Shown: positions 59,501-64,000 of the stretch, one piece after another
How positions within the stretch are numbered: the stretch's first letter is position 1
How the letters are laid out: every line of letters starts with the position of its first letter
NCBI GenBank assembly: GCA_010909165.1
Contig: MU008180.1
Location: 123,884-187,883 of the forward strand
Direction of reading: 5' to 3'
DNA length: 64,000 nucleotides
Source of the DNA: Anthoceros angustus
Lineage: Eukaryota; Plantae; Anthocerotophyta
The notes under the pieces: model-generated
What the model saw: the letters and a program-made list of their open reading frames with translations, nothing else
The model's database searches: none
Told to the model about the DNA's origin: nothing
Translations under genes and position numbers: made by a program

Positions 59501-61061
59501 CTTTCGGAGGATTCCTTCCGGCAATAATGTCCGGTGGTGCTGCACCTCCTTTAGCAAAGCACCAAGCACTCCTGTCCCTCTCACAGGTAAGTACACAATG
59601 TTAAAGGGATGCTTGGAATCATCCAACTCCTTACTTGTGAGTAGCCTCTACTTCCCACAAATGCACTAGATAAGTGCTAAGATAGCATGGCCTTGGGTGT
59701 CTTCATCCGAGCGTTGGGTTTGACAACTTTTCCGGTGGTAGGTGTATGCTTCATACATGATGAGCCCCAATCCGGCTTCGCTCCTTGAGTGATCTTCCAT
59801 AGAAAATGGAGGAAGGTAGTGCTGAAATATGACACCTTGGATTGCTCACCAAGCCCAAAACAATTCTTGTGAACAATCTCCACTTGGGCTCCAAGATTTG
59901 GTCCGTCCGCCAACCATTCTTAGACTTAGCCTTCATGCCCCCTTGCATAAGGGTAAGGGCTCCCTTGGGAAGATCCGCCGTTGATGCACGCTTGCCTCCG
60001 CTCGTTCCTTCCATCAACGTGATTCCGCTATCCTCGCTATCCGGCCTGCCATATACCTGGCGTATGCTCCTTACAGTCCAACACCGTGGATCCGTCCGTG
60101 CGTTTCTATCCGGTAAGGCGGCCAATTCCTCTTCCGTCTGCTGCAAATTAGCAAAACACTCTTCTATCAATTCAAGGTTGGTGTAGGACCAATGTCGCCC
60201 ATACACCCACTCTAGCTGTATATTCTCCTCTGCTGCCCAAGGTCGAAAGTCTGAAAGGTCTCTAGAGGATAGCTGGCCTGCATAGCACGTAAATAAGGGC
60301 ATGTCAAATTTCCACCCTCAGTCATCCTCCTTAGACCTCTTGCGCTCCTGCGCCACCTCCTTGGTGGACGCTCCTTCCTTAGCTACTACCTCCTTGCCCT
60401 TGGTCATGGTAGGCTTGGTCATGGCCTCCTTGGTTAGTACTTGCGAAATTGAAGAAAAGTGATGCCTCTCCTGCAATTCCTGCGGCTCACCGACTTCTTA
60501 TCCTTGCAAACGTTTCTCCTCCTCTGATTTGCTCTTGCTCACAGCTCAAAGGTCCTTGCCTTGCTCTCCTCCTCAGCCCTTACACCTTGGCGTCCTCAAA
60601 ACCCGATTTCTCCTGCAAGAAAGCTCACAAAATTCCCCCGGACTCTTACACACATCAATTTAGGAGCCCTTCACACGGTTTCCTAGCAATCTTGCCACGC
60701 TCCACCCTCCTAGGCACCCTCACGAGCTTGGCAAGTGTTGGGTTGCGCCCCAACCTTCTTCTCCCTTCTCTTCTTCTCTTTTCCTCCTTCTTCCTCTCTT
60801 GGGCGCTGGCGGATTTCGCCTCCTTCTTGAGCTTGCGCCCTCCTTCTCCTCCTCAACACAGGCGCGTGTACGGCGTTGCTGTATGGGGCCTTGGGCAGCT
60901 TGAGGTGTGGCGGCGCCTTCTGCTGTGGTAGTCTCTTCAAGTTTCGAGTTGTGGCCTCCTGCGGGCACTGCGCCACTTTTATAAGTCACCCAAGGGTTAG
61001 AAAAAGTAACTACCATTCTATCCTGCCCTTGGATGTGTGCCACGTGGCCCTTTCCCACCAT
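56587..61061 (-). pseudogene. G3 accessory (env-position) ORF, frameshifted and internally duplicated: conserved domain plus coiled coil
   Basis: NARTDPRCWTVRSIRQVYGRPDSEDSG...SKNGWRTDQ...ITQGAKPDWG...PCYLSTYLVHLWE; coiled coil ELKEEELEERTHFVQRLEMEREVQRTE...LEEEMAKEK. Confidence 0.82.
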
Positions 61062-61192
61062 TGATGTTAGTTTCCTAATTTCCTTATACTAAAATACCAT
61101 TTCCCTATTTTTCTAATTTCTAATTCTGAAAATTAGCCTCTAATTTCTTAATTACCTATTTTGGCCTATTTATCTAGTCCACTAAAAGACTC

Positions 61193-61200
61193 TATATATA
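61193..61200 (-). promoter_or_regulatory. TATA-like box upstream of the G3 accessory ORF
   Basis: TATATATA about 130 bp upstream of the ATG at 61061, next to an AT-rich stretch (61060-61170). Confidence 0.45.
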
Positions 61201-61249
61201 GCAAGCCTATCCTGCCTAAAACATAAGCTACCTTCCTTAGAAACCTATC

Positions 61250-61488
61250 TCCTACGTGGTAGGACATCCTCCTACCATGGTAGGCGTTTTCCCTTTCTCC
61301 TACCACGGTAGGAGTTTCTCTCTGGTGGGATACCTTCCTACCCTCTCCTACCATGGTAGGAGCTATTCCTGGTAGGTGATCAAAACACTAGCGAGGTCAT
61401 CCTCCTCGGTGGTAGGATCTCCTACCCTCGTCTACCATGGTAGGAGTTTCTCCTACGGTGGTAGGACACCTCCTACCACTCATGTAGG
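61250..61488. repeat. Array of ~8 short palindromes TCCTAC-N3/4-GTAGGA
   Basis: Copies at about 61250, 61270, 61298, 61346, 61402 (degenerate), 61431, 61451 and 61471; the commonest form is TCCTACCATGGTAGGA. Confidence 0.92.
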
Positions 61489-61739
61489 TTACCTTTTCTC
61501 CTCACCAGAAGGTCGTTTTGACCCGTTTCTTTTCCTGCATATCCTCTTTGCCTTCCACATGGTCCTACAACTCCCGCTCAAAAGGAGCAAAAATTTCCTT
61601 GCATGTCTTCACCAAACCATTTCTAGCAAAGAGTGTGGGCTGTTCAAAGCAAACTCATTTAAGCTTGTTGCCCAAACTTTTGCGTTCCACATACTCCCCT
61701 CCTCACTGTTTGCGTCCTCGCAAACAAGCGAGACTCAGT

Positions 61740-64000
61740 GAAGGTACTTCTTAACCTTCCACCCATTCACTCTAGTTGGCGGCAAATCCCCATCCGGCTG
61801 CGTGGTTGCGGATCCATTCTCATACTGCCACCACCTCATAAGGTCCCATCCATCTCAATCTAAGCTTCCTGGAAGTCCATATATGACTATCATATAGAAG
61901 AACCAAATCCCGGCCATGATAGCTTCTTGCTTCCTCAACTTCCCATCATGCCTATCCTTTCTAAGCTCCACAGATTATTTGAGTTTCTTCTAAAGCATCT
62001 TCCCTCGTTCCTCATGCTCTATGAAAGACTCTAGTCTAGCTACGGCTATCTTCTGAGTCATCGCTCATCCTCCATGATTCTATAGGTAGGTACTTCAAAT
62101 TCTCAGCATCACGGAGACATGCCATATGTTAAATAATAAGGGGTCTTCTTGGTTGTCACCTTCTCTGCATCTGTAAGCCCATAACCGAATGTAGCTTAGT
62201 GTCCCAATCATACATGTGAGTCACGATTACCTTGGTCAAGATTGTACACCCATTCGTTTTCTCCGTCAAACCATTCGCTTTGGGATTGTAAGGAGTTGTC
62301 TTTCGATGCCGAATGTTGAAGTAGGTGGTGAGAGTCTCGATCACCGAGTTGAGGAAATGAGTTCCCCTATCACTGACCAACTCCAAAGGACATCCATACC
62401 TCGTTATAATGTTCTCAAAGAGAAACTTCGCTACTGCAGGTGCGTCGTCCTTTCTTGTTGCTTCAGCCTCCACCATCTTTGTACAATAGTCCGTAGCCAC
62501 CAAGATATATTGCTTCCTTGTCCATTGTGTGGGTGGCTTGATTGGACCTACAAAATCTATACCCCACTTCTCAAATGGTGCCAAAGGTAGTATGTAGGTG
62601 AGAGGCCCTTTGTGTTGACAAAGTGGGCCTTCCAACCCTCGACACGCATCACACCTCCTAATAAATTCCCACACATCCCTGCATTGTAGCCCACGAGCCT
62701 GCATCCAAGACCTTCTTCACGTGATTTGCGTCGAATAATGACCACCGCCTCTTACGCATGTAAAACACGTGACCAAAGCTTCTCTAATTTCCGGACATCG
62801 CGAATCTTCTCGTCTGGACCAAGCTTGTACAAGACCCCATCCGTAGGCAATAAGGGGCTGTCTTGTGGAGAAAAACAGCTCGCCCTCCCTAGACAAACCA
62901 TCGGGCATGATTCCATGCTCTAGAAAATTTCGTACCTCACCATTCAGATCTTGGGCATGAACGCCCCTCACGTTCAATCTCCTCCTTCCACGCATACCAC
63001 GTCGCCTCCTGCTAGCTCGCCCACCAGCAGCCCCAGGCGGCGTTGTTCCATCCACAAATCCAGTTTCTCCCGCTTTGTCCATCTTTGCAAGTTTTGAGCT
63101 GCGGCCGTTTTGCATGCTCCTCCTCCAACAACGTTCGGTTCTTCCATTCCTGCTGGTCTAGCCTCGTGTCCAGGTCCAGCTCGTGCTCCCATGGCGACCT
63201 CCTCGCTGTTTGCACCCCATGGCCACCTCATGAGTGATTTCCCATGAATCGCCATTTTCTTCTCCTGCCGTTTTGCTCAAGCTTCTCATGGGATGCATCT
63301 CCTTCCTCGCCCTCTGGCGCACCTACCTCCCTAGGGCCTTCTCCTCTCGCGGCCCCATGGCGCACAGCTTGACCCAAGTGGGGCGCCTTTCTTGCTTCCT
63401 CAACTTCCCATCATGCCTATCCTTTCTAAGCTCCACAGATTGTTGAGTTTCTTCTAAAGCATCTTCCCTCGTTCCTCATGCTCTATGAAAGATTCTAGTC
63501 TAGCTACGGCTATCTTCTCTGATCATCGCTCATCCTCCATGATTCTATAGGTACTTCAAATTCTCGCATCACGGAGACATGCCATATGTTAAATAATAAG
63601 GGGTCTTCTTGGTTGTCACCTTCTCTGCATCTGTAAGCCCTTGAATGTAGCTTAGTGTCCCAATCATACATGTGAGTCACAGTTACCTTGGTCAAGATTG
63701 TACACCCATTCGTTTTCTCCGTCAAACCATTCGCTTTGGGATTGTAAGGAGTTGTCTTTCGATGCTTAGAATGTTGAAGTAGGTGGTGAGAGTCTCGATC
63801 ACGAGTTGAGAAATGAGTTCCCATCAGACCAACTCAAAGGACATCCATACCTCGTTATAATGTTCTCAAAGAAACTTCGCTCTGCGGTCGTCGTCCTTCT
63901 TGTTGCTTGACCTCCACCATCTTTGTACAATAGTCCGTAGCCACCAAGATATATTGCTTCCTTGTCCATTGTGTGGGTGGCTTGATTGGACCTACAAAAT
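61740..64000 (-). pseudogene. G3 integrase (about 61740-63000) with a partial duplicate (about 63390-64000)
   Basis: GGGHY...CRDVWEFIRRCDAC, LPLAPFEKWGIDFVGPI, YILVATDYCTKMVEA, LVSDRGTHF, KTTPYNPKANGLTEKTNG, C-terminal LPTRVNGWKVKKY. Confidence 0.95.

Noticed and set aside
27537-61061. Calling the accessory ORFs env glycoproteins
   Set aside because: The position matches env, but no signal peptide or transmembrane helix is visible; the proteins are charged and coiled-coil.
61250-61488. Palindrome array as CRISPR-like repeats
   Set aside because: Repeats are only 16 bp, gaps are irregular (about 4-40 nt) and partly made of the motif itself; no cas genes.
61740-62100. Chromodomain after integrase in G3 (and G2 near 41079)
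   Set aside because: Both integrases stop shortly after the NG..VKKY motif.
1398-64000. Most short ORFs antisense to transposon genes (e.g. 3799..4077, 11341..11868, 44845..45507, 62216..62590)
   Set aside because: Shadow frames of GC-rich coding sequence with no independent motifs.

Overview
Eukaryotic, land-plant nuclear DNA (probably a seed-free plant; inference only), about 90% nested and degraded transposons around one intact gene. Left to right: three intron-separated exons of a decayed RNA m5U methyltransferase (TrmA/RlmD/TRM2-like) gene; an AT-rich ~170-bp repeat; a rearranged Ty1/copia element (gag-pol on minus, RT-C/RNase H inverted and duplicated, a ~1-kb unit repeated three times upstream of gag); a CACTA/EnSpm element with internal duplications; a copia PBS and 5' LTR preceded by a 54-bp tandem array; an intact intronless F-box/kelch CDS (to 21064); copia and Cys-rich DNA-transposon debris; then ~39 kb of three non-chromovirus Ty3/gypsy elements, here named G1 (+, 3' part only), G2 (-, near complete, Athila-type tRNA-Asp PBS, followed by part of a second copy sharing its LTR) and G3 (-, integrase to 3' LTR). 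Main observation: all three gypsy elements carry, in the env position, a homologous uncharacterised ORF (DPxxW-x5-RxxYxRP...NGW...SxYLxH, then coiled coil), and each carries clusters of its own 16-17-bp palindrome (G3 TCCTAC-N4-GTAGGA, G2 GTTGCTA-N3-TAGCAAC, G1 more weakly ACTCCG-N4-CGGAGT) near that ORF. This suggests an element-specific protein/binding-site system, which is a hypothesis only. The repeat regions contain serial 0.4-2 kb tandem duplications with microhomology junctions and many small indels while the unique gene is clean, so part of the degradation and duplication may be an assembly artefact. Coordinates inside frameshifted elements are approximate.
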